Shown here piece by piece: positions 26,068 to 36,089 of a stretch of 64,000 nucleotides of DNA (position 1 is its first letter; the number at the start of each line of letters is the position of its first letter). Under the pieces are notes generated by a model. That model made no database searches and was not told the DNA's origin. It saw only the letters and a list, made by a program, of their open reading frames with translations. The translations under genes and the position numbers were made by a program. The DNA is from Myxococcota bacterium (GTDB taxonomy: Bacteria > Myxococcota_A > Polyangia > Nannocystales > Nannocystaceae): assembly GCA_039028615.1 (NCBI GenBank), contig JBCCHT010000035.1, positions 64,001 to 128,000 of the forward strand. The letters are read 5' to 3'.

Positions 26068-28662
26068 TCAGGCGCCGGATGCCTCGAGTTGCTCGAGGAT
26101 CTCGCGCGCCTTGGTCAGCTCTGGCCGCTCGGTCCCGTCCCACGCCTCGATCGCCGCTTGCACGCTCGCCTTCGCCTCGGTGGGTCGGCCGAGTCGCAGC
26201 AGCGAGTCCGTTCGGTACCACGCGGCGGTCCCCGCATTCGGACGATCGTCCTGCGCTCGCAGTCCGGCGTGGGCCTCACCCAGGGTGGTCTCTGCTCGCT
26301 CGAGCTGGCCTCGCTCCCACTCGAGCAGGCCGAGGTTGAGCCGAGGATGCGCGGTCAGGGCCTCGATGTCATGCTCCTCGGCCACGCGAATGGCCTCGAG
26401 GTACGCCCGCTCCGCCTGGCCCAGGTCTTTGCGAACCTTGGCGATGTTGGCGAGGTTGGCCAACGAACGCACGATGACCGGAACGGCGCCGAGCGTGGTG
26501 GCGGTGGCAATGACCTGCTCGTAGCCCTTGGCCGCGTCGTCGAGTCGGCCTTGGCGATAGCGGAGGTTGGCGAGGTTGCCCTCGGCCATCATCATCAGGC
26601 GAGGGATGCCCAGCTCCTTGGAGAGCTCGTGCCCACGCTCGTACTGCTCGGCCGCACGATCGAGCTGCCCGGACGACTCGTGGGCGATGCCGACGTTGAC
26701 GTGAAGCTTGGCCTGCTGTGAGAGCAGGCCGGCCTTGCTTGCAGTGGCGAGCCCCGCCTCCGCCTCGGTGATGGCCCCCGCGAAGTCCCCTTGCGTGGCG
26801 AGCAGGCCCACCAGGCTCACCGCCGCGTCGACTCGCCCTCGAGCATCGTGAGTGGCTTCGAGACGCTCGGCGGAGCGACGGAGCTCGGCCACCGCCTCCC
26901 GATAGTCCCCCACGTGCGCCAACAAAGCGGCTCGTTGCAACCCGAGATGAGCGACCAGCTGCTCGTCACCGATCTCGGCCGCAATCGCGAGGCCCTCGGC
27001 GATTCGCTGGTGAGCATCGTCGTAGCTGCCCAGGTACCCGAGGCTCCCCGCCTGCTGGCACAGGTTGTAGCCCAGCGGCCTCAGCTGGCCGAGGCGGCGG
27101 CGCACCTGCTCGGCTTCGCCGTAGAGCGCCAGGGCCTCGTCGCGTCGGGCGAACTCGGCGAGCATCATGGCCCGCCCCTCGAGCGCGGCCGCACGGGCCG
27201 TTTCATCACCCGCCCCGACCGCGATGGCATGGGCCCGCTCGAGCAACTCCAGCGCTTCGCGGTGGCGACCGAGGGCCGCCACCACGTGGGCCAACCGCTG
27301 CCATCGCATCACCCGCTCTTCGTCTCCCTCGAATTGCTCAGAGACCTCGAGCGATTGGCGATACATTTTCTCGGCGTCGGCCAGCTGGTTGACCTCCTTG
27401 AGGATGGCCGCCAGCGCGGCCATCGCGTCGTCATAGGCGGCCCCCACCTCGAGCTCGAAGAAGATCGCCATCGCCTGGCGGGCATGCTCGAGGGCCTCCC
27501 GTACGCGACCGGCGATGCGCAGCTGCCCCGATGCCTGCAAGTGGGCAATGCCGTGCGACAGGGTGCCCACCGCATTGTCCTCGGCCCAGGCGAGCGCCCG
27601 CAGGCACGACTCGAGCAGCGGAGCTTCGACCCGCTCCCCCAGGTTGTGGACGATGTACGAGCAGGACAAGGGCCCGAGCTCGGCTCCCCACGCACGCGCT
27701 TGTCGATGAAGCGAGCGCCGTGCCGCCTCGCGCTGCTCGGCCTGAGCGGTCGCATCCCCCGGGTCGATGTGGGGTGGCTCGACTCCCGTTCCGTCGAGCG
27801 CGGGGGACCATGCCTCGAGCCACTCCGGCAGCCTGCCCGGGATGATGCGGGCGCGCCCCGAGTCGCCGTAGCACGCCGCCACCTGCTCCACGGCCTCGAG
27901 CACCTCGGAGTCGGGAAGCACCAGCCAGTCGAAACCGGGCGTGTCGGGGCGCGACGCCATCTGGCGCAGAAACAAGTAGTTGGGCTCCGCCTCGAGGTCG
28001 GCCCCCGAATAGCCGAGGATGCACATCCTCGTGTGGGCGACGAGCGCCTGCAGGGCCAGCCCGACCTGCGGGGCCAGGCCACGCTTGCGCTGCGCCAGCG
28101 TGTCGATGCAGGTGGTCGGCTGCGTCGCCGTCCCGTGGAGCTTGAGCAACAACGTGGGGGCGTCGGGGTCCTCGAGCTGCGCGCGGATATCCAAGCCCTC
28201 GTAGTCCCCCGCGGTCACCAGCACCCGCAGGGGCGCCCCAATGGCCTCGCACGCGCGCTCGATGAGCGTGTCGAAGTTGGTGGTGACGATCGCGGGCAGG
28301 CGCTTGGCCTTGGCCAGCGCGGCGAGCCAACCGTGCACGGCGTTGATGCGGGTGCCCTCGAGACACCGCAAGACCTCGAAGTACTCTTCGGCGATCGAGA
28401 GGGTGATGACCTCCGAGGTGTACTCGGGCGGCATCGACCCCGCGTCTTGCTTGGCCTTGACCGTCTCGATGATCGACGCCGCATGGTCGGTGATCACGGC
28501 CGCCTGCTCCTCGAGAGCGTCGAGCACCGCATGATTGAGCTGCCACCACGAAGGCAACCCGGCGGGCGGCACCATGGAGATGCCGGCCCCCGCGAGCACG
28601 GTGAGGCGCCGCGACTCCAGCAGCGGCAGGAGACCGGAGGCATCGCAGGGCTCGTCGACCAT
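26068..28662 (-). CDS. SIR2-like domain protein with C-terminal TPR array
   Basis: VLAGAGIS..GLPSW, IVTTNFDTLIE, LLKLHG and ILGYSGAD, followed by about 500 aa of TPR-like helices (NLANL, NVGI, NLGLL). Confidence 0.88.
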   Translation of the reverse strand: MVDEPCDASGLLPLLESRRLTVLAGAGISMVPPAGLPSWWQLNHAVLDALEEQAAVITDHAASIIETVKAKQDAGSMPPEYTSEVITLSIAEEYFEVLRCLEGTRINAVHGWLAALAKAKRLPAIVTTNFDTLIERACEAIGAPLRVLVTAGDYEGLDIRAQLEDPDAPTLLLKLHGTATQPTTCIDTLAQRKRGLAPQVGLALQALVAHTRMCILGYSGADLEAEPNYLFLRQMASRPDTPGFDWLVLPDSEVLEAVEQVAACYGDSGRARIIPGRLPEWLEAWSPALDGTGVEPPHIDPGDATAQAEQREAARRSLHRQARAWGAELGPLSCSYIVHNLGERVEAPLLESCLRALAWAEDNAVGTLSHGIAHLQASGQLRIAGRVREALEHARQAMAIFFELEVGAAYDDAMAALAAILKEVNQLADAEKMYRQSLEVSEQFEGDEERVMRWQRLAHVVAALGRHREALELLERAHAIAVGAGDETARAAALEGRAMMLAEFARRDEALALYGEAEQVRRRLGQLRPLGYNLCQQAGSLGYLGSYDDAHQRIAEGLAIAAEIGDEQLVAHLGLQRAALLAHVGDYREAVAELRRSAERLEATHDARGRVDAAVSLVGLLATQGDFAGAITEAEAGLATASKAGLLSQQAKLHVNVGIAHESSGQLDRAAEQYERGHELSKELGIPRLMMMAEGNLANLRYRQGRLDDAAKGYEQVIATATTLGAVPVIVRSLANLANIAKVRKDLGQAERAYLEAIRVAEEHDIEALTAHPRLNLGLLEWERGQLERAETTLGEAHAGLRAQDDRPNAGTAAWYRTDSLLRLGRPTEAKASVQAAIEAWDGTERPELTKAREILEQLEASGA

Positions 28663-28923
28663 GGCTCGACGCTACCAGAGACGCGAGCGCGTCGGCGCGC
28701 ATCGCAAACGTACCTCCGAACGGCCCACAACGGGTTGAATCGGCATGAAAAAGAAAATTCGAACGAGCTGAAGAATTGATCGGCCGGGGGGTGACTACCT
28801 GGTGTCCTGCTGTCAAAGCGGTGTGCTTGACGGCCCGAGGTCACGTAGGTGGCGTGACGAGCCGCTGTCGCTTTCGGTTCGTGGTTTCGAACGCGGCAGC
28901 TTCCAAAACGAGTCGAGGATCCA

Positions 28924-29475
28924 ATGCTCTCAGTGAAACGAGTCTTTAGCCCAGTTGCCGTTCTCCTGTCCTTGGGCGCGCCGCTTGCCTGCACCGCGGA
29001 CATCGACTCGCGCGATGGATCCGGGTCCGACGACCGTCAGCTCCCCGTCTGCAACGAGCGCTACCAGGCCGAAGGCGACAACGCCAACGGCCCCGATGTC
29101 GACTTCGACGACTGGAGCGTCCGCAAGGACCACGAGGGATACGAGGGCGACTCCTATATGGACGCGGGCGGCCTCGATGCCTGGCTCCGGTGGGACTACA
29201 TGAACTTCGCCCCCGGCAAGTACACATTGAGCATCCGCTACGCCAACGGCAGCGGGAACACTCGACCGACGATGATCCGGCTCAACGACGACGACGAGAC
29301 CGAGTTCGAGATGTCCTTCCCGCCCACGGGGCGATGGACCCACTGGCAGACGGTGACCAAGGAAATCGACGCGCGGTACGGGATCCGCAACCTCAACATC
29401 GAGGTCGTCACCGGTCGCGGCGGGCCCAACATCGACGCCATCGAGGTGAATGCGGTCGAAGTCAACGGGTGTTGA
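28924..29475 (+). CDS. Lipoprotein with CBM35/CBM6-like carbohydrate-binding module
   Basis: Lipobox PLAC; YQAE, GKYTLSIRYANG, FPPTGRWTHW, GPNIDAI. Confidence 0.8.
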   Translation: MLSVKRVFSPVAVLLSLGAPLACTADIDSRDGSGSDDRQLPVCNERYQAEGDNANGPDVDFDDWSVRKDHEGYEGDSYMDAGGLDAWLRWDYMNFAPGKYTLSIRYANGSGNTRPTMIRLNDDDETEFEMSFPPTGRWTHWQTVTKEIDARYGIRNLNIEVVTGRGGPNIDAIEVNAVEVNGC

Positions 29476-29531
29476 GCCCCCTTCATGGCCACAGAAACTG
29501 AACGTGATCGGGTCCGAGCCCCTGCCCCATC

Positions 29532-32500
29532 ATGCCCGCCGAGCGCGAAAGCCCCCCGACCGTCGGCCGCCCCCGCGCGCCTCGTAGCGTCGCGGGTGGC
29601 GTTCCCGTCTCCGATATCTGTGACAACCTGAAGATCGACGCGGGGGCGTACGACGACTGGCAGCGTCGATTGCTCGACGGTTTGTTCGGACGAGACCGCG
29701 ACGCATCGTCGGACGCGGATGCGCCGAGCGACCCCTTCGACGCCCCGACCCGCAACGATGGTGGCCCGCCGCCGGTTGCGGGTCTCTTGCGTACGCGCCA
29801 CACGACTCGTTTTCCCCGGCCCCCGACGGGCGGTCCGCCCCTGCCCGCCGATCCGGTGGTGGGCACGCTGATCGGCGCCTACGTGATCAACGACAGCCTG
29901 GGCGAAGGCGGGATGGGCCGGGTGTTTCGAGCCTTCGACCGCCGGCTCAATCGCCAGGTCGCGCTCAAGGTGCTCCACCACGACCTCGGAGCCAGCGAGC
30001 AGCAGCGGCTGGTCCGCGAAGCGCAGGCGATGGCCCAGCTCGCGCATCCGAACGTGGTGCAGGTCTACGAGGTCGGCCATCACGAAGACCGCGCGTTCGT
30101 CGTGATGGAGATGGTGGAGGGGCAGACCCTCAGTGCGTGGCAGCGGCAACAGCCTCGGCCGGACTGGCGCGCGTGTGTGCAGGCGTATCTGCAAGCCGGC
30201 GCCGGGCTGGCGAGCGCGCACGAGCAGGGTCTCGTGCACCGTGACTTCAAGCCGAGCAACGCCCTCATCGACGAACGCGGCCGGGTTCGGGTCATGGATT
30301 TCGGCCTGGTCGGCACCATGTCGGACATGGACGACTCCGCGGAGATGACCGCGAACGACCAGGTCCTGCGCAGCCGCTCCGGGTCGGCCGAGAGCCTCGA
30401 CTGGGTGAGCGAGCGACTGACGCAGACGGGCACGGTGATGGGCACCCCCGCCTATATGGCTCCCGAGCAGATCTTCGGGGAGGACGTGGGGGCGCGGGGC
30501 GACCAGTTCAGCTTCTGCGTGTCGCTATACGAAGCGGTGTGTGGCCATCGTCCGTTCCCGGGCGACGACCTGTATACGCTCGCGGGTGCGATCCGAGACG
30601 GGACGATCACCCCGATGGCCTCTCAGCTCGGCGTTCCGGGTCGGCTCGAGGCCGCGATCGCCCGCGGGCTCTCCTTCGATGCCAACGAGCGATGGCCTTC
30701 GATGGAGGCGCTGCTGGCCGAGCTACGCCGATTGGTGACTCCGCCCCGGGTGCGGCGCTGGGTCGCCGGGGTCGGCCTGGGGATCGCCGTGGTCGCGGGG
30801 TCGGTGGCGCTCGGGCTGGGCGTGCAGGTCAGCGAACAGGGAGAGCAGCTCACCGAGAAGGAAGCGCAGCTCGCCGAGAAGGTGGTCGAGCTGAGCGAGC
30901 AGCTCGCAGCGCAGAAGGGCCTGCGGGCCAAGGACGCGGCACGAGAAGGGGGCCGAGAGATCGAGGCGATCCGGCTCGGCGTGCAGGCCTTCGAGGGTCT
31001 CGACCCGCAGGCTCATCTGGCGACTGCGATGTTCGAAGGCCTGACCTACGCGCTGGCGGGCATGGACCGCGGGATCCCGCTTCGGGGCCACACGGCTCGG
31101 GTCTATGCGGTCGCGACATCGCCCGATGGCGAGCGCATCGCCACCGGGAGTCAGGACCACACGGTTCGACTCTGGAGTGCACACACGGGCGCCCCCATGC
31201 AGACCCTCGAGGGCCACGCGATGACGGTCCGCTCCGTCGCTTTTTCGTCCGATGGAGGCCGGCTCGCAACGGGGAGTGACGACCGGACGGCGCGTCTGTG
31301 GGACGCGACGACGGGCGACGAGATCGAGTCGCTGCGGCACGGCGCCGCGGTGACGAGCGTGGCACTCGCTCCCGACGGTACTCGGCTGGCCACCACGAGC
31401 GGAGACTCGGTGTGGCTGTGGACCCTCGACGACGATGCGGTGGTCGTGCCCCTGCTCGGACACACGGCGCGCGTGCGAAGCGTGGCGTGGTCACCCGACG
31501 GCGAGCGGCTGTACACGGGGAGCGACGACCACACCGTGCGCATCTGGGACGTGGCGATGAGGACCACCATCAAGACGCTGCACGGCCACACGGACGACGT
31601 CTTGGATGTGGCGGTCACGGATGACGGGTCGCATATCGCCACCGGGAGTCGTGACGAAACGGCGAGGGTATGGGATGCGCGCACGGGGACGCAGGTCGTC
31701 GTGCTCGAGCCCGCCCAGGTCGTCCACGCGGTCGAGTTCTCGCCCGACGGATCGAGCCTGGCCACGGGGACCTTCGACGACGGAACGGCGCGCCTATGGG
31801 ACATCGATACCGGCCGGACTTCGACCGTCGTTCACCACGATGATGCCGTCGTCGACGTGACGTTTTCGCCGAGCGGTGACCGGCTGCTCACGGGAGGCTG
31901 GGACGGGACCGCGCGCTCGTGGGACCTGCAGTCCAGCGCGGCCCTGGTGGCGTTGCCGCACCCGCGCCGAGTCGACGCGGTCGCGTTCTCACCCGATGGC
32001 ACCCGATTGGCGACCGGTAGCGGCGACGGCTCGACGCGGCTATGGGACGCAGGTTCGGGGGCCCCGATCATGACGCTCGAGGGCCACCGCATCGACGTCA
32101 CGACGGTCGCGTGGTCCCCCGATGGAGGGGCCTTGGCCACGGCCAGCTGGGACGGCAGCGTACGACTATGGGATGCCCGCTCGGGTGCCCACGAAGGCAC
32201 GCTGCCAGGGCACCGCGAGCCCGTGCGGATGGTCGGGTGGTCGCAGGACGGCCGGCGTGTACTCACGGCGGGCCGGGACGGCACGGCTCGAGTCTGGAAT
32301 GCACGCACCACGTTCGAAGAGCATGCGGTGGAGCACGGTGCGGCGCTGTTCGGGGCGGTATTCAGCCCGAGCGAGCGAGGCATCCTGACCGTGGGTGCGA
32401 ACGAGCAGGTCTACGGCTGGAACCTGAAGACGGAGCAGCGTCGAGCGGACCTGGACATCGAAGGCTCGAGCACTGCCCTCGTCTACTCCCCCGATGGCAT

Positions 32501-33800
32501 GCGAATCGCCATCGCATCGCGGGACGGCTCGGTGTCGCTGCGGGATGCCGAGTCTGGGCGACAGCGGGTGAGCCTCGAGGGCCATACTGATGCGGTCACC
32601 ACGATGGCCTTCTCCGCCGACGGTACGCGGCTGGCCACGGGTAGCGAGGATGGGACGGCGCGGGTCTGGGACGCCGACACAGGGCAGCGACAGAGCGTAT
32701 TCCCGCATCAGGGCGCAGTGACGAGCGTATCGTTGTCCCCCGACGGCCGGCGCCTGGCGACGGCGAGCGGAGACCGACGAGCGCGGATCTGGACGCTCGA
32801 TCCGTCGCCGTGGCTGGCATGGGGGTGCGCCGTGCTCGAGCGACGCGATGGGCACGACGAATCGAGCGAGACCGCATGCAGCGGTGCCATCGGGTCTCTC
32901 GGAGCGGCGCCGGGCTCGGCTCGCTCGCACACCGAATTCGGCACACCCGAAATCTCCACCGCCCCCGACCTCGAGACGCAGCCGAGCGTCACCGTGCATG
33001 GCGTCGAGCTGGTGCTCATTCCGGGCGGTACGTTCACGATGGGCTCCCCTGCCGACGAGCGAGACCGGCACGGGAACGAAGGTCCCCCGCACGAGGTGAC
33101 ACTGGACAGCTTCTATCTGGCGAAGACCGAGCTGACGAACGGGCAGTACGCCCGCTACCTCGAGGCCAACCCCGATGCCTACCGACCGCTGTCGTGGAAC
33201 AACGAGCGCATCGGTCACGAAGACCAGCCCGTCACCGGGCTGAGCTGGCACGACGCAAAAGCATACTGCGACTGGGCGGGGCTGGTGATGCCGACGGAAG
33301 CCCAATGGGAGTACGCCGCACGAGCGGGCACCACCACGGCCTACTGGTTCGGAGACGACCCCGAGGACCTGGCGAGATTCGGCTGGTACGAGGGCAATAC
33401 CGGCGCCCGAGAGCGAGGCTTCAGCCAGACCCGCAGCCACGCGGTGGCGACCAAGGGCTCGAACCCGTGGGGCCTGTTCGACGTCCACGGCAACGCCTTC
33501 GAGTGGACGCAGGATGCATTCACCAGCTATGCCACGGACGTCCGACCGGGCGACGGTCTGAGGAAACCGACCGGCGACGAGCACAGCGTCCTACGGGGCG
33601 GCGGCTGGGGCTACACCTCGAGTGCCGCGCGAGCCGCCTACCGGGACCGGTCCCCGCCCTCGTATCGCGCGGCGACGCTCAGCCTCCGCCCCGCGCTGCC
33701 CGTCCGCGACCTCGGCCGATCTGCCGACGAGATCCCATCGAGACGTCAGTCTGCGCCCGCGCTGGGGATGGTGGGCAGCGCGCCCGAGAAATCCCACTGA
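29532..33800 (+). CDS. Ser/Thr kinase - TM - WD40 repeats - FGE/SUMF1-like domain
   Basis: LGEGGMG, HRDFKPSN, DFG, GTPAYMAPE; many GH..V..VAFSPDG..LATGS.D.T.RLWD repeats; FTMGS, PTEAQWEYAARAG, NPWGLFDVHGNAFEW, RGGGW. Confidence 0.92.
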   Translation: MPAERESPPTVGRPRAPRSVAGGVPVSDICDNLKIDAGAYDDWQRRLLDGLFGRDRDASSDADAPSDPFDAPTRNDGGPPPVAGLLRTRHTTRFPRPPTGGPPLPADPVVGTLIGAYVINDSLGEGGMGRVFRAFDRRLNRQVALKVLHHDLGASEQQRLVREAQAMAQLAHPNVVQVYEVGHHEDRAFVVMEMVEGQTLSAWQRQQPRPDWRACVQAYLQAGAGLASAHEQGLVHRDFKPSNALIDERGRVRVMDFGLVGTMSDMDDSAEMTANDQVLRSRSGSAESLDWVSERLTQTGTVMGTPAYMAPEQIFGEDVGARGDQFSFCVSLYEAVCGHRPFPGDDLYTLAGAIRDGTITPMASQLGVPGRLEAAIARGLSFDANERWPSMEALLAELRRLVTPPRVRRWVAGVGLGIAVVAGSVALGLGVQVSEQGEQLTEKEAQLAEKVVELSEQLAAQKGLRAKDAAREGGREIEAIRLGVQAFEGLDPQAHLATAMFEGLTYALAGMDRGIPLRGHTARVYAVATSPDGERIATGSQDHTVRLWSAHTGAPMQTLEGHAMTVRSVAFSSDGGRLATGSDDRTARLWDATTGDEIESLRHGAAVTSVALAPDGTRLATTSGDSVWLWTLDDDAVVVPLLGHTARVRSVAWSPDGERLYTGSDDHTVRIWDVAMRTTIKTLHGHTDDVLDVAVTDDGSHIATGSRDETARVWDARTGTQVVVLEPAQVVHAVEFSPDGSSLATGTFDDGTARLWDIDTGRTSTVVHHDDAVVDVTFSPSGDRLLTGGWDGTARSWDLQSSAALVALPHPRRVDAVAFSPDGTRLATGSGDGSTRLWDAGSGAPIMTLEGHRIDVTTVAWSPDGGALATASWDGSVRLWDARSGAHEGTLPGHREPVRMVGWSQDGRRVLTAGRDGTARVWNARTTFEEHAVEHGAALFGAVFSPSERGILTVGANEQVYGWNLKTEQRRADLDIEGSSTALVYSPDGMRIAIASRDGSVSLRDAESGRQRVSLEGHTDAVTTMAFSADGTRLATGSEDGTARVWDADTGQRQSVFPHQGAVTSVSLSPDGRRLATASGDRRARIWTLDPSPWLAWGCAVLERRDGHDESSETACSGAIGSLGAAPGSARSHTEFGTPEISTAPDLETQPSVTVHGVELVLIPGGTFTMGSPADERDRHGNEGPPHEVTLDSFYLAKTELTNGQYARYLEANPDAYRPLSWNNERIGHEDQPVTGLSWHDAKAYCDWAGLVMPTEAQWEYAARAGTTTAYWFGDDPEDLARFGWYEGNTGARERGFSQTRSHAVATKGSNPWGLFDVHGNAFEWTQDAFTSYATDVRPGDGLRKPTGDEHSVLRGGGWGYTSSAARAAYRDRSPPSYRAATLSLRPALPVRDLGRSADEIPSRRQSAPALGMVGSAPEKSH

Positions 33801-35653
33801 GTCGCACTCTGCGGCCAGCCCATGAACATCGGTGCGTCGTTGGGCTCCTGAAAATCTCCCGCCACCGCACTCGCTGGTTGAGCGCCGAAGCCGAAACCGC
33901 CCGGCCATACGTCCTCGTTGAAAAAGTTCGAGGAGGACACGAACGAATTGCTGAACGGCACCCCGCCCCAGGGGTCTCCGAGCACGACCGCGGTGCCGAA
34001 GCTGAAGCTGTTGGTGATGTCGGGCGGGACCCACTCGGGAAAGGCCGCGAACGCCCCCGCCGACCCGTTGATCCCCGGCGCGACCAAGGACCCCTCGACA
34101 TTTCCGCTGGCGTAGCAGTGGTCGATGGTCTGCTCGAAGGGATCGAGGATGAAGGGGTTGTGCGCCACCGTGAAGCCGCCCGCGATGCCGCCCTTGACGT
34201 TGCCCCGCGCAAAGCAGTTGCTGACGTCGTAGTAGCCCAGATCGCCCACGTTCCCGATGAATCCCCCCGCGAGGCTCCACCCGTCGGCGGTGAGCTTGGC
34301 GTTGACGTTGCCCGTGGCGTACGACCAGCTCACCGAGCTGAGGCTGAGCTGCCCGAGCAGGCCGCCCGCGATCCGATCGACATTGACCGTGCCGGTCGCG
34401 AAGCACCGCTCCACGGTCGAATTGTTCAGCGTGCCGATCAGGCCCCCGCCTACGAGCAAGGCCTCCTCACCGGTGCTCACATTTCCGTGCGCCTCACACT
34501 TGCGCACGAGCGAGTTCGACACCATCCGCCCCACCAGGCCGCCGATGTCGTTGTTGATCCCCTCCAGGCCCGGCCGTGCCGACACGTCGCCGAACGCGGC
34601 GACGCTGGACAGGTTCGCTTCGGCGACGCTTCCGATGAGGCCCCCCGTGCGATCGCCACCGAAGACTTCGACGTTCGACTCCGCGTGGGACATCGTGCCT
34701 CCGTAGGCCCCCGCGAGCCCGCCGACGATGCGCTTGCCCGTGATCGTGCCCCCTTCGACGCTCACGTGCTCGACCAAGCCATTGCCCGAGCCGATCAGCG
34801 CCCCGACCCCCACCGCGTCGGGCATGTCGACGATGACGTCGGTGAGGTGGAGGTTGCGGATCACCGCGCCTTGGGTCTGGCCGAAGAGCGCCCGTCCGGT
34901 GTTCTGGCTGATGGCCTCGAGGCGGAAGCCGTCGATCGTGTGGCCGAGGCCATCGTAGCTCCCCGTGAACTTGGGCGCCCCGGCCCCGATGAAGAACTCG
35001 GACCCGCCGTACTGGTAGTGAACGTTCAGGTCGATGTCTCGGCACTGCACGAAGTCGCTGCCCCACGAGCCGGGGTTCGCGGCGAGGTCGGCGAGCTGGT
35101 GATGGTTCGAGATCTCGTAGGGGTCGAGCGGCGTGCCAGAGCCGATGGCATCATGGGCAATGGGGCTGTAGGTTGCCTGGCAGGCCACACAGGCGCAGCC
35201 ACACTCGGTGCCGTCGTCGCCCTCCCACGTGATGAACTCGATCTGATCTGCGGTCAGGCCGAGCGGGCCCGCCACCGTACCGTCGCACAAGACCTCGCCC
35301 TGGCTGTCGCCCTTGGGTGGATCGCCCAGCACCGCCTGTAGGTCCTCACACGCGTCCGCGGACTCCGGCAGGCGCAGCACACCATCGACCTCGAGGGTCG
35401 AGCCGGGCATGACCGAGGGCCCCCCGAGCTCCAGCGCCTCGTCGCAGTCGTCGTAGTCGACGGTGCCCCCTTCTCCTCCGCCCGAGTCGCCCGGCGTCGC
35501 CCCACCGCCATCCCCCGGATCCGGGTCTGCCGCAGGACCATCGGTTCCGCGAAAGGCGATGGCGTCGCTTCCGGCGTCGTCGCATCCAGCGAGCACGAGA
35601 AACACTGCCGCGCCCGCAGGCGCAGCGCCGAGGAAACACCAACGACGACTCAC
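33746..35653 (-). CDS. Lipoprotein with GLUG-type beta-helix repeats
   Basis: Lipobox LAGC; GSGTPLDPYEI, FTGSYDGLGHTI, repeated GGLVG/GGLIG...C.A.GNV units. Confidence 0.8.
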   Translation of the reverse strand: MSRRWCFLGAAPAGAAVFLVLAGCDDAGSDAIAFRGTDGPAADPDPGDGGGATPGDSGGGEGGTVDYDDCDEALELGGPSVMPGSTLEVDGVLRLPESADACEDLQAVLGDPPKGDSQGEVLCDGTVAGPLGLTADQIEFITWEGDDGTECGCACVACQATYSPIAHDAIGSGTPLDPYEISNHHQLADLAANPGSWGSDFVQCRDIDLNVHYQYGGSEFFIGAGAPKFTGSYDGLGHTIDGFRLEAISQNTGRALFGQTQGAVIRNLHLTDVIVDMPDAVGVGALIGSGNGLVEHVSVEGGTITGKRIVGGLAGAYGGTMSHAESNVEVFGGDRTGGLIGSVAEANLSSVAAFGDVSARPGLEGINNDIGGLVGRMVSNSLVRKCEAHGNVSTGEEALLVGGGLIGTLNNSTVERCFATGTVNVDRIAGGLLGQLSLSSVSWSYATGNVNAKLTADGWSLAGGFIGNVGDLGYYDVSNCFARGNVKGGIAGGFTVAHNPFILDPFEQTIDHCYASGNVEGSLVAPGINGSAGAFAAFPEWVPPDITNSFSFGTAVVLGDPWGGVPFSNSFVSSSNFFNEDVWPGGFGFGAQPASAVAGDFQEPNDAPMFMGWPQSATQWDFSGALPTIPSAGAD

Positions 35654-36089
35654 CCGCCGATCTTAGGGCACATCGAGACACCCGACTCGAGGCCGCGAAA
35701 CTGTGCCGCGGACGTTGTTGCCTTCGGACTCCGGGGCTTCGATTCAGGATCGCGCGGCGACTCCTCTCGTTCGTGCCCACGACGGACACGCCCGATATCG
35801 CTCGACGCTCACGGAGACCGACTCGGGTTCGGAGACCCACTCACACTCGATCGATCGGGGGCCGCAGCCCCGTGACGTCATTGTCCTAGGCCGTACCGGC
35901 ATCACGACATCGATGTCATGCCGCCTGCTGCTCGACCCTCGTCAGCCCGGAAAAGTACTCGGTCTGCCCTTGGCGAGCGGTTTGCAAACGGGAGGGGCGT
36001 CGCCGATCGAGGCGCATACGGTAGGGCCCACTGTTGTTGGAAACCCACGCCCTGCCGCTGCTTGGACTTAGTTAGGACTTCACTTGCAC

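Noticed and set aside
33560..33720. FGE-domain C-terminus as a diversity-generating retroelement variable region
   Set aside because: No reverse transcriptase and no near-identical template repeat seen in the window.
32810..35341. 843-aa plus-strand ORF and similar long Arg/Ala-rich ORFs (26791..28779, 42563..44518, 56196..58541, 58844..60865, 61980..63935)
   Set aside because: Shadow frames of motif-bearing genes, expected in high-GC DNA. They contain no recognisable domains.
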